NCBI GenBank assembly: GCA_963695345.1
Contig: OY968769.1
Coordinates: forward strand, 1,888,001 to 1,952,000
DNA: 64,000 bases
Source: an uncultured Methanomassiliicoccales archaeon
GTDB lineage: Archaea; Thermoplasmatota; Thermoplasmata; Methanomassiliicoccales; UBA472
Direction of reading: 5' to 3'
Every line of letters begins with the position of its first letter. Within the stretch, counting starts at the first letter, position 1. A model generated the notes under the pieces. It did not search any database, was not told where the DNA came from, and worked only from the letters and a program-made list of their open reading frames with translations. This document shows positions 20,788 to 29,991 of the stretch, one piece after another. The translations under genes and the position numbers were made by a program.

Positions 20788-21150
20788 GTGACGATGAAAA
20801 TACTGACTATCCAGATCAGGACGGGGACCATGATGAACATGGACACGAACGTCGCGATGAAGTTAGCGGCCGCGGCCATGGGCAAGGGATATGGTGTCCG
20901 TATCTTCGGCTATGGCGAGGGCGTTTGGCTAATAAAGAACGGTCAGCTGCCGAAGCGTTTCCCCAACGTTGGGAACGAGGCATCGGCATTGGCCGAAAAG
21001 GGAATGGAGATCGCTGTTTGCAACACCTGCTGCGCCGCTCGCGGCCTGAACCGGGGCGAGGAGATCCCGGGGGGGAAGCAAGGCAGCCTGGCGAACGACC
21101 TGACCAGGTTCGTCGCGGAGAGCGACCGCATGGTCACCATTGCGAGGTGA
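20788..21150 (+). CDS. DsrE/TusD family protein
   Basis: IFGYGEGV, VCNTCCAARG, GSLANDL...ESDRMVT. Confidence 0.85.
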   Translation: MTMKILTIQIRTGTMMNMDTNVAMKLAAAAMGKGYGVRIFGYGEGVWLIKNGQLPKRFPNVGNEASALAEKGMEIAVCNTCCAARGLNRGEEIPGGKQGSLANDLTRFVAESDRMVTIAR

Positions 21151-21155
21151 GCAAA

Positions 21156-21515
21156 ATGGCACAGAGCGTTTTGGTTATGATAATGAAGGCCCCATACGGC
21201 TATGAAGAAGGATTTGCCGGAGCCCGGCTGGCCCTGTCTCAGCTGGCGGGCGGGATGATCACGAAGTGCAATGTCCTCCTGGTCGGGGACGGCACGCTGA
21301 ACGCAATAGCCGGCCAGAAGCCAGAAGCGATAGGGATGCCCTCCAACGCAGACTCGCTTGTCGACCTGATGGACTTCGACGCCAAGGTCTACTGTGTGAA
21401 GGAGGACCTGCAGGAGCGCGTCGGGGACGTCGCCCTGCTGGAAAGCGTCACCGGTGTCGACTGGCAAGAGGCCCGGAAGATCATCGCAGACCACGACATG
21501 GTGACCTCGTTCTGA
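21156..21515 (+). CDS. DsrF/TusC family protein
   Basis: KAPYG, LLVGDG, AGQKP, VYCVKEDLQER, DMVTSF. Confidence 0.82.
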   Translation: MAQSVLVMIMKAPYGYEEGFAGARLALSQLAGGMITKCNVLLVGDGTLNAIAGQKPEAIGMPSNADSLVDLMDFDAKVYCVKEDLQERVGDVALLESVTGVDWQEARKIIADHDMVTSF

Positions 21516-21584
21516 AACCCCTTTTCCGTTTTTCCTTTCCCTATCATAGCAAGCGTTTTTATCCGGGGGCCGCATCAGAGCGGC

Positions 21585-23345
21585 ATGCTCGAGGTACTGG
21601 GCCGTTCCGGTGTCGGACGAAATGCAAGGTGGACCGCGTCGTCGTTCAAGACGCTCACTCCCAATGTCATCTTCACCGGAAACCTGAAAGAGCCGCTGCC
21701 CAGAGGATATGACCTCTCCATCACCGACAAGGGAAAGGCCCACAGTCTGCACGCTTCCATCGGGCCGGACAACGGCGATATACTGGTCCCGCATGGTTTC
21801 TATCCCCCGCTTTCCCAGATGCGCGGCGGAAGAACCGATTTCGGCTGCACTGAAGGCACCGGCGTCACCGTCGTGAGAGGAGACCCGAACGCCATCGCCG
21901 AACAGGTCAAGGCATCTGGCACGGAGATTGTCGTCCTGGGCAACGCGTTCGAGTACCGGAGGGACGCGAGGCAGTTCGCCGCGGCCATGGTCGCCCTTCG
22001 GGGAGGGATCGGGCATAAGCGCCTGCTCTACGCGCCAGGGATCATGGAGGTGAGCAACATGGCCCTGCTGGCCTACATGGGAGTCGACCTGATGGACACG
22101 TCCCTTCTCCAATACCGTTCTTCCAGGATGGAGGTTAGCATGACGGAGGGGGCGATCTCCGCCAGGGACTCAAAATGGATCGGCGCCGCGGTTCCAGAGG
22201 AAGCTTTCGCCCTAAGCCTGGAAAATGCCGCTAAGGAGCTCCAGCTGGTCCGTCACATGATCGAGAAGCAGCGCCTCCGGGAGCTGGTCGAGATGCGCAT
22301 CCATGCCTCGCCTTGGCTGGTCTCGGCATTGCGGATATTCGATGAGAGCCACTATAATTTCCAGGAGAAGTACTTCCCGGTGATCGGCCCCCAGTTCTAC
22401 TGCAACGCCAAACAGTCCCTGAGCCGGCCGGACATTCTAAGGTACCGGAAACGCATCATGGAGCGGTACCAGCGCCCTGCCGACAAGAAGGTCCTGCTTC
22501 TGATCCCGTGCTCGGCAAAGAAGCCTTATTCTTCTTCGAAGAGCCACCAGGCCTTCAAGCGCGTCCTAACCTCCCTGAGCAACTTCGACGTGGTCCATGA
22601 GGTCATAATAACCTCTCCTCTGGGCGCCGTTCCGAGGGAGCTAGAACTGTTCTATCCGGCAGCCCAGTACGACATACCGGTCACTGGTCACTGGGATCGT
22701 GAGGAGGTGGCCATGGTGCAGGAGATGGTGAGGCGCATCGTCTCGTTCGGCTATGATCACGTGATCTGCCATCTGGGCGACGAAAGCGAGTTCGTCCTGC
22801 CGGTTCTCGAGGAGTATGTGGACACGACGAAGACATCAAGCTGCACGTCGAAGGACTCACTGGATAACCTATTCTCAGTGCTGCAGAAGTACTGCGCTGA
22901 GTATCCTAGGGTTCCGAGGGGAGTGGACCGGGCCAACTCGATGAGGTCTTCCGCGATCTTCCAGTTTGGCGATGTTGGGGCGACCCTTACGGAAGGATGC
23001 GATGTATCTGGTAGCTATCCCTATTCCCGTTTCTTGGCCGGCAGGACCCAGATGGGAATGTTGACCCCGGACCGCGGAATGATATCTCTGACCTTGGATG
23101 GGGCGGAAAGGATCGCCTCGTCGGGCAAGTTCCTAGTCAATATGAAGGATTTCGAGATGACCGGGAACCTATTCGCGGTAGGCGTGGAGGGTGCTGATCC
23201 AGACATAAGGATCGGTGACGAGGCCATCGTGATGAGGAAGGGAAAGGTGGAGGCGGTCGGCGTCGCCATGATGAACGGGGAGGAGATGGCCGACAGCGCG
23301 AAGGGAGAAGCGGTGCGGATCCGGCATAAGAGAAAATCCGCCTAG
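21585..23345 (+). CDS. arcS: Archaeosine synthase ArcS (TgtA2) with C-terminal PUA domain
   Basis: LLIPCSAKKPYSSSKSH, TSPLGAVPRELE, YDIPVTGHW and PUA (DIRIGDE). Confidence 0.93.
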   Translation: MLEVLGRSGVGRNARWTASSFKTLTPNVIFTGNLKEPLPRGYDLSITDKGKAHSLHASIGPDNGDILVPHGFYPPLSQMRGGRTDFGCTEGTGVTVVRGDPNAIAEQVKASGTEIVVLGNAFEYRRDARQFAAAMVALRGGIGHKRLLYAPGIMEVSNMALLAYMGVDLMDTSLLQYRSSRMEVSMTEGAISARDSKWIGAAVPEEAFALSLENAAKELQLVRHMIEKQRLRELVEMRIHASPWLVSALRIFDESHYNFQEKYFPVIGPQFYCNAKQSLSRPDILRYRKRIMERYQRPADKKVLLLIPCSAKKPYSSSKSHQAFKRVLTSLSNFDVVHEVIITSPLGAVPRELELFYPAAQYDIPVTGHWDREEVAMVQEMVRRIVSFGYDHVICHLGDESEFVLPVLEEYVDTTKTSSCTSKDSLDNLFSVLQKYCAEYPRVPRGVDRANSMRSSAIFQFGDVGATLTEGCDVSGSYPYSRFLAGRTQMGMLTPDRGMISLTLDGAERIASSGKFLVNMKDFEMTGNLFAVGVEGADPDIRIGDEAIVMRKGKVEAVGVAMMNGEEMADSAKGEAVRIRHKRKSA

Positions 23346-23615
23346 GCCACTTTCGGCCATCTTTTCTCGTATCCAGTATGATTTTTAATGGACACTACTT
23401 TCACCCATCTCCGGCACTTCGGTATTTAAGTATCGGAAACCTACAGTGTTTCAAGAAGGCGTGCGCGGAAAGCGCACGGGGTCCGAAGCTCTATAACCAA
23501 TCCAGGGGAGGATGCATCGGCCCATCCCTAACTCTGAACAACCATCCCAAGGCGGGAGTTCTGCCCCGTTCTCCCGCCTTACCCCTCATTTCTTACACCT
23601 TTGATTTCTGGTACA

Positions 23616-24647
23616 TCAATATTGTTGGACATGCTGCCAACCTCCATTCCAGATGCCATTGAACCCGAACGTGCAATTTCCGACCGGGGTGACCAACAAA
23701 GCCTCAAAGAACACGGTCTGGAAGACGACGCCATCTCCAGCTCCTTCTCCATAATCCGGTATCTTTACCTCAAAGACGATAGTTCGAAGGGTATTATTCC
23801 CTGGGGTTAGCACCAGAGTTTCATTGTGATAGTTGTCCACCTTAGGATTTGTCATATTGATGAAATCATGGGCAGGGAACTCCGCGTAGCGGAAATCAGA
23901 GAAGAGCTCACAAACTTGATCCCCGATCATCCCTGGAGGCATACCCAATTGGAGCCTCACCGTGACATTGTTGTCAGGGTTGTTGGTTATGTTGATCTTT
24001 GCTTCCATGCTGCTGTAGTAGAAGATCGCTTCGCGGTCCAGGTCGAACTGAATCTTACGATCTGAGGCTCCAGAGAACTTAGGAAGGATTACATAATAGC
24101 CACTGGTCGCCATGGTGATCGACACGTCCGCATTCAACGTGTTGGGCACTGACGTGATTCCATTCCAGCTCATGTTCTTCGGAGATTCTCGGTCATTGAA
24201 ATAACCATAGTTGACCGTGGCCACTGGGATATCGGTACCAATCCTTCTGAAGAACAAGTTCTCATTAGAAAGATCCGCCATCGCCATGTCTGGATCGATG
24301 TCGTCGGGGATCTTGATGATGTCTATTTCTCCCTGACAATTGAAATGATACAGAGGCGAGCCATTCGGTTCGGTCACGTTAAACTCCACTCCTGGAGTTT
24401 TATCGATCAGCTTGAAAGTGACATTCTCACCCGCGTCATAGGAATGTTTGTCCACATGGACCGAGATATGCGCGGTCCGGCCGTCATGACCAAAGCCGTT
24501 GACGAACAATGCGGCCTCGAATCCTATGATCAGGATTCCCACCAAAATCAATGCAACAATCAATCTGACAGTATTCATTCTATTCTTCCCCGAGTCTTTA
24601 CCCATCTTCCCCAAGGATACCATGGGTGCGGGGGATGATAAATCCAT
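23616..24647 (-). CDS. Hypothetical membrane-anchored exported protein
   Basis: N-terminal TM followed by a beta-rich, Asn-rich region. Confidence 0.65.
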   Translation of the reverse strand: MDLSSPAPMVSLGKMGKDSGKNRMNTVRLIVALILVGILIIGFEAALFVNGFGHDGRTAHISVHVDKHSYDAGENVTFKLIDKTPGVEFNVTEPNGSPLYHFNCQGEIDIIKIPDDIDPDMAMADLSNENLFFRRIGTDIPVATVNYGYFNDRESPKNMSWNGITSVPNTLNADVSITMATSGYYVILPKFSGASDRKIQFDLDREAIFYYSSMEAKINITNNPDNNVTVRLQLGMPPGMIGDQVCELFSDFRYAEFPAHDFINMTNPKVDNYHNETLVLTPGNNTLRTIVFEVKIPDYGEGAGDGVVFQTVFFEALLVTPVGNCTFGFNGIWNGGWQHVQQY

Positions 24648-24686
24648 CTCACTCCGAATTGTTCGTTCACTGTTCGACCAGGCCGG

Positions 24687-27305
24687 TCAAGTGGACGAAT
24701 CGATCTCGTGTTTTGTTTGGCCGCCAGTCCGTTCTTCAGGGCTAGGCCTATAATCTATGGCCATGGTCTGTTTGATGGTCATGGCCAGCTCTTCCAGCGT
24801 GTAGGGTTTTGGCAGTACTCCAACAAAGCCGAACTTAGCGTAGTCGGCCATCACCGGATCATTCGAGTAACCCGAGGAAACGATGGCCCGGACACCCTTG
24901 TCCATTTCTAGCAGGCCAGCAATGGCCTCCTTACCTCCCATTCCCCTGATGTTGGTAAGGTCGACAAGAACGATATCATATCTACGCCCTGCCTCCATGG
25001 CCATTTTGTATTCCTTCATGGCTTCCACGCCATCCCTGGCCACACCTACCTCATACCCCAGGGCAGCCAGGAGTTCGGTGATGACGTCCAGTACGTACTC
25101 CTCATCGTCCATGACCAGGATCCGGCCTTGACCTTCCGAGATCACCGCCACCTCCACAGCGTTCACAACCGGTTGTTCGTCGGTCACTGGCAGGCATATC
25201 TTGAATGTCGTTCCCTTCCCTTCCTTGGATTCGACCTGGATGCTACCATTATGCCGGGTCACTGTCGCATATACTACGGATAGTCCAAGACCGTAGCCCT
25301 TTACCTTGGTGGTGAAATAGGGTTCGAAGATTTTTGGAAGAACCTCCTTGGGGATGCCTTTCCCTTCATCCCTGATGACGATCTCCAGGTATCGGCCAGG
25401 CTCCAACGTTGGGTTGGCGTTTATGTCGGCAATGATATTGGAGACGGTGACATCTACCATGCCCCCCTGTGGCATCGCGTCCTTGGCGTTGAGGAAGAGG
25501 TTCGTGAACACCCGGCCCATCTGGCCTGGGTCCACATACGCTATCCATAGTCCCTGGGGCATATGAAGGCGGCAGCTCACGTTGCTGTTCAGGAAGGGAT
25601 GATTGGAGGCCACCTGCAGAAGTTCTGAGATCGAGGTTGGTTTCCTGATAGGTGAACCTCCCTTGGCCAAGGACAGGAGCTCTTGGGCGATCTCCTTGGC
25701 CTGCATGATCGCCATCTCCGCCTCCTGCAGTCCTTTGTATGTCTCCGTTCCTTGCTCGGTCCTTTGTTTGGTCAATGACACATACCCGAGAACGCTGGTC
25801 AACAGATTGTTGAAATCATGGGCAATACCGCCTGCGAGCGTCCCGGTGGCTTCGAGCTTCTCTATCCTTTCCCGATCGGCCTCCGCATGGCGTCTCTCGG
25901 TGACGTCCCATCCCATAACGCAGATGGCCTTCCTTCCTCCGTACATGATAGGGCTGGCCGAAATTTCCAGGGTAATCTCTTTTCCTTCCATGCCAGTGGC
26001 ATTCGTTTCCAATAACACTCGTTCCCCCTTTCGGACCGTGTCCACGACCCTTTGGATGATGGAACCGTCGATGCCCTGGATCGAGCTCATCTTCAATCCA
26101 GCCACCTTGTCCTCGTCATATCCGAAGAAGCGGCAGAAGGATTTGTTGGCTTGAAGCACCGACCCATCAGCCATGTCGACCACAAATAACGACCCGAGGA
26201 ATTGATCAAAAATGGCACGATAACGCTCCTCGCTCTCCTTCAGGGCATCCTGGGCGATCTTCTTAACGCTGATGTCGCGGAGGATTATGACCCTGCCGAG
26301 AGGTTGTCCTCCGCTGTCCTCCATCCCATCCACTTGGCAATCGAAGTACCTGGTACCGGATATCGTGTCCAATACAACCACTTGGTTCTCCGACCTGATT
26401 CCATCCAGCACCTCCAGGATTGCTGGATGCCCCCTGAAAGCGGTGGCCGCATCTTGCCCGATGGAACGTGTGGAAAGACCGGTCAGGGTAAGCGCCTTGG
26501 GATTGAGGTCCACAAGTTTCCCGTTCTGGTCCAGGACCAGAATCGGATCGGAGGAGATATCCATGATCACTCCTCTAGCCACCGGCATTAGGGTGAGTAT
26601 CTGATAGCGGAACAGGGCAAATGCCAAGGCGAGACCGGTCGAAACGAATAATATCGGAGTGAAATCGAATCCGCCAGATTGTCCACTGACAACGATCGCG
26701 TTCCCAGCAAATGGTATCGCAAAGCCCACCAGGACGATGAAGTCCCTCCATCGATACACTCCGGCATTGTGGGCGATATGCCAGATCAGCAAAGCCAAGG
26801 TCGAAAGGATGATCACATACGAGTACGCGGTGTGTACCATGAATGCAGGTCCATATTCGAGGGCCAGGGATGAGAATCCTTCCGTATCGATCAGTCTGGA
26901 CCCGGTTATGAACCATGACGTCAAGCTGTTTGTCGCATCAATGAGGATCATTATCGATGGGATTGCGAACAGACCGGCTATCTTCCATCTGGAAAATGCT
27001 CGTTGCACGTTCAGGAGATAGACGATGGTCAGGAGGGTGACCACCGGGACTAACGCAACTATTCCTAAGACCACTTGGAATGCAAGGAGTTTGGCGGCAG
27101 GATCGTCCATGAGGCCCATCAAGGCAAAGAACAGGCACCAGAACGCGAACAGGTATACCATGACCTCGAACGGAAGCTGGGCTGGGACCGCCTTGTGGCT
27201 ACGTGAATAGACACCAACGGCGATCATGATTATCCCGGAGACCACCAAAGAAAGAAGGATCAGGCTAATCATGAATTCCAGAATCCATTTTCGATTTGAC
27301 AGCAC
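24687..27305 (-). CDS. Hybrid sensor histidine kinase (7TM N-terminus, PAS x2, HisKA, HATPase, receiver)
   Basis: 7 hydrophobic segments, AGGIAHDFNN, NAKDAM, FEPYFTTK..GLGLS and ILVMDDE...LPKPY. Confidence 0.93.
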   Translation of the reverse strand: MLSNRKWILEFMISLILLSLVVSGIIMIAVGVYSRSHKAVPAQLPFEVMVYLFAFWCLFFALMGLMDDPAAKLLAFQVVLGIVALVPVVTLLTIVYLLNVQRAFSRWKIAGLFAIPSIMILIDATNSLTSWFITGSRLIDTEGFSSLALEYGPAFMVHTAYSYVIILSTLALLIWHIAHNAGVYRWRDFIVLVGFAIPFAGNAIVVSGQSGGFDFTPILFVSTGLALAFALFRYQILTLMPVARGVIMDISSDPILVLDQNGKLVDLNPKALTLTGLSTRSIGQDAATAFRGHPAILEVLDGIRSENQVVVLDTISGTRYFDCQVDGMEDSGGQPLGRVIILRDISVKKIAQDALKESEERYRAIFDQFLGSLFVVDMADGSVLQANKSFCRFFGYDEDKVAGLKMSSIQGIDGSIIQRVVDTVRKGERVLLETNATGMEGKEITLEISASPIMYGGRKAICVMGWDVTERRHAEADRERIEKLEATGTLAGGIAHDFNNLLTSVLGYVSLTKQRTEQGTETYKGLQEAEMAIMQAKEIAQELLSLAKGGSPIRKPTSISELLQVASNHPFLNSNVSCRLHMPQGLWIAYVDPGQMGRVFTNLFLNAKDAMPQGGMVDVTVSNIIADINANPTLEPGRYLEIVIRDEGKGIPKEVLPKIFEPYFTTKVKGYGLGLSVVYATVTRHNGSIQVESKEGKGTTFKICLPVTDEQPVVNAVEVAVISEGQGRILVMDDEEYVLDVITELLAALGYEVGVARDGVEAMKEYKMAMEAGRRYDIVLVDLTNIRGMGGKEAIAGLLEMDKGVRAIVSSGYSNDPVMADYAKFGFVGVLPKPYTLEELAMTIKQTMAIDYRPSPEERTGGQTKHEIDSST

Positions 27306-27425
27306 TATGAAAATGAACTTGTTAAGTAGGTTTCACCATGATTCCTATTATTGATTGCAGAAATTGGACCACGATCCGCCTAACGGCTAACAAGTTATAA
27401 TGCCTGGACGATATCCGATGAGACC

Positions 27426-27680
27426 ATGCAGTACCAGATCAAGATGTCAGGGGATCCCGAAGAAAAAGTGAGGCAGGCCAAGAAGATCGCCGCTGAACAG
27501 GGAGTATTTTTTGTGGGGGATGGGGCCAAAGGAAAGTTCTCGGGAAGAATCATGGGAGGGAGGCTGATCGGGTCCTACAAGGTTGAAAAAGGCATCCTCC
27601 TGGTCACCATTGAGGAAAAGCCGCTTTTGACCTCCTGGTCGATGATCGAGAGTCAGCTCAAGGAGTTCTTGAAATCCTAG
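27426..27680 (+). CDS. Hypothetical protein
   Basis: Compact ORF with a TATA-like TTATAA upstream and normal composition. Confidence 0.6.
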   Translation: MQYQIKMSGDPEEKVRQAKKIAAEQGVFFVGDGAKGKFSGRIMGGRLIGSYKVEKGILLVTIEEKPLLTSWSMIESQLKEFLKS

Positions 27681-27761
27681 AGCACCCGTCGGGTTCGATA
27701 GAGCAGATACATATCTATCTCCAACGACCTTGATCCGGAAATGCCGTAAATAATCCCTCGC

Positions 27762-28083
27762 ATGGCCGTAATTATTTTCGCCATCTCAGTGGCCACTACT
27801 GTGTTCGCCCTGATGATCAACCTGCACATCGATCAAGCTCTGAAAGGCCGTCCTGCAACGGAAGCGTACAATACAGTACCGCATAACACAGTTATCCTAG
27901 CTTACCTATCAGTCATGCCACAGTATACGACGCAGATACTGAAACGCGTTCGCGGAAAGCGTGGATTTCGTCTTCCTGATCAGAGGGGCCATACTATTGC
28001 TGATGGCCTCGGTGACCCTGTTCCTCAAATGCCCGATCGCGAAAACCGAGGAACCGCAGGTCCAGACGGCAAAGGAGCCCAAG
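27762..28083 (+). pseudogene. Fragment resembling the last TM helices of an MFS transporter, fused in frame to the downstream USP (1-nt frameshift near 27942)
   Basis: Removing one A joins ...TTQIL-NAFAESVDFVFLI...TLFLK, which continues into the USP ORF. Confidence 0.4.
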
Positions 28084-28515
28084 ATGTATAACCGGATATT
28101 GATCCCAACGGATGGTAGCGAGCATTCAAAAGAGGCAACCGACCATGGATTGGCCCTGGCAAAGATGACTGGAGCGGAGGTTACCGCCCTGTTCGTCGTC
28201 GATGAGGGCTCCATCATCGCCCGGAACGTGCCAAACGCCCCCAATCTGGCTCAGACCCTGGAGGATGAGGGCAGCAGGGCTGTGGCCTATATCAAGAACG
28301 AGGGCGAGAAGAGGAGGGTCAAAGTGAAGACCAGGATCGAACACGGCTCGGCAGCCCAGGTGATCATAAAAGATACCAGGGACTTTGACCTCGTCGTCAT
28401 GGGAACCCACGGTCGTTCAGGGGTCTCAAAAATAGTAATGGGAAGCGTGGCTGAGAAGGTCATTAGGATGTCCGAATGCCCCGTGCTCGTCGTAAGGCAG
28501 AACGCATTGCGTTGA
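28084..28515 (+). CDS. Universal stress protein
   Basis: RILIPTDGS, DLVVMGTHGRSG...MGSVAEKV...CPVLVV. Confidence 0.93.
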   Translation: MYNRILIPTDGSEHSKEATDHGLALAKMTGAEVTALFVVDEGSIIARNVPNAPNLAQTLEDEGSRAVAYIKNEGEKRRVKVKTRIEHGSAAQVIIKDTRDFDLVVMGTHGRSGVSKIVMGSVAEKVIRMSECPVLVVRQNALR

Positions 28516-28768
28516 AGATTAGAAGTGGAATAAGCTCTTTCTGCTCGAACTGGACATCAGGAGCGGAAGCTGAGCCTTTCGCTCATTACCACAACAATTC
28601 GCATCTTATGGTTAGCCAAGTTAATCGCTCTCTGTGAGAAACCATTAGGATCGAACAGAAAGAGAGGACCGAAAGGGAGAAAGTGGGAATATGGCCACTA
28701 GTTTTCTTGATTTCAGAGCATCGGTTTGAGGACCGACAAAAAAATGGATAGCTGGATATGCAAAAAAG

Positions 28769-28864
28769 TGCAGGTGTCGGGATTCGAACCCGAGTGTTTA
28801 GCTAGCCTCGTCCCCATTTCTGGGGCATGGAAGGCTAAAATCCTAACCGCTAGATTACACCTGC
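28769..28864 (-). tRNA. tRNA-Gly(TCC) with a 24-nt intron (28804-28827) at position 37/38
   Basis: Acceptor stem GCAGGTG/CACCTGC+A, T-loop GGTTCGAATCC, anticodon arm TTAGC-CTTCCA|intron|A-GCTAA, canonical BHB, upstream TATA and downstream T-run. Confidence 0.93.
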
Positions 28865-28965
28865 GAGTTGGGCGACCTAATGGTTCATTGATATAAAAAA
28901 CTTCTATCGCCGGTCCAATAGCCAGCCCATTGTGTCATCCTCGATCGCCGGCCATATGCAGCCTA

Positions 28966-29400
28966 TCAAGCCGGTCTTGCGGTAGGTTTGCGGTTCTTTT
29001 GCATCAAGACCACTAGGACAGTAATGAGCCCAATGGCCATAAGCCATTGGAACTCGACCGCCAGAAGGTTCGGTTCTGCCATCATCATGACGACCGCAAT
29101 CATGATCACCGCGATGATCAAGGTCAATGGCCCGATGTTCGCGATTCCCTCATTCTTCCTGATCGATCCGGTCTTTGCCCACCGCATGACCTTATTACCC
29201 AGCCAAATGGAGATGGTGCCGATGGTGACACATAACAGCAATGTCCCTACCGCTGAACCATCCATTCTTACGGTAAATCCAGCTAAAGCTGCCATGATCC
29301 CGAAGATGAGGCTGATCGCTCCGACCATCAGCATGATCCAACCGATGAGCTCGATGTCGACAGGGTCCTCTATGACCGAGCTCAACCTAGATTTCGCCAT
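28966..29400 (-). CDS. Hypothetical membrane protein (4 TM)
   Basis: Four hydrophobic segments. Confidence 0.65.
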   Translation of the reverse strand: MAKSRLSSVIEDPVDIELIGWIMLMVGAISLIFGIMAALAGFTVRMDGSAVGTLLLCVTIGTISIWLGNKVMRWAKTGSIRKNEGIANIGPLTLIIAVIMIAVVMMMAEPNLLAVEFQWLMAIGLITVLVVLMQKNRKPTARPA

Positions 29401-29550
29401 AAGCGTTGATAATATTGTCGTAGGTGCTTAATGAACTAATCCATTTTTCAGAATAAGCAATAAGAAGTTTTTGGGGTGGGGGACGAAGGTCCCATCCTCC
29501 GTCGTCCTCCGAGTCGTTATCAGAACAGGCATTGTTGTCAGATCAACGCC

Positions 29551-29727
29551 CTAATTGTCACCTATGACACGTAGGTCGTTGATGAGGCACCAAAGCTCTT
29601 TGAGATCGATCCCTTTCGAGTCCATGCCTTCCGCGATGTGCGCAAGGTCATTGATGGTGTGGGTTTGCATCCACTCCAGTACGTCAAGGCCGATTCCATA
29701 TTGTGCTGATATCTCCTCAAGCCCCAT
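29551..29727 (-). CDS. Small hypothetical protein (58 aa), below the ORF-track cutoff
   Basis: MGLEEISAQYGIGLDVLEWMQTHTINDLAHIAEGMDSKGIDLKELWCLINDLRVIGDN*, with an AT-rich TATA region upstream near 29791-29800. Confidence 0.5.
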   Translation of the reverse strand: MGLEEISAQYGIGLDVLEWMQTHTINDLAHIAEGMDSKGIDLKELWCLINDLRVIGDN

Positions 29728-29991
29728 TGCATCCCATTCCTTGAGTTTTGTCCGACTTTATGTCTGACAAGAACTGATACAGGATATTCTGTATATAATT
29801 GTTTTTCCCTGATATCTTATTTTGAATACCAGTACAATATTCAACATGGAATTGAACTTTTTAATGAGGTCATTCCTCATGATTTTTCTCGTCCGACATT
29901 CCATCAAATTTAGCTGACATTATAAATTCATAAGAATCCAGTGAAAAGGTTTTAGTGCAATCACGCTGATTATCGACCCAACGGTGATGGG

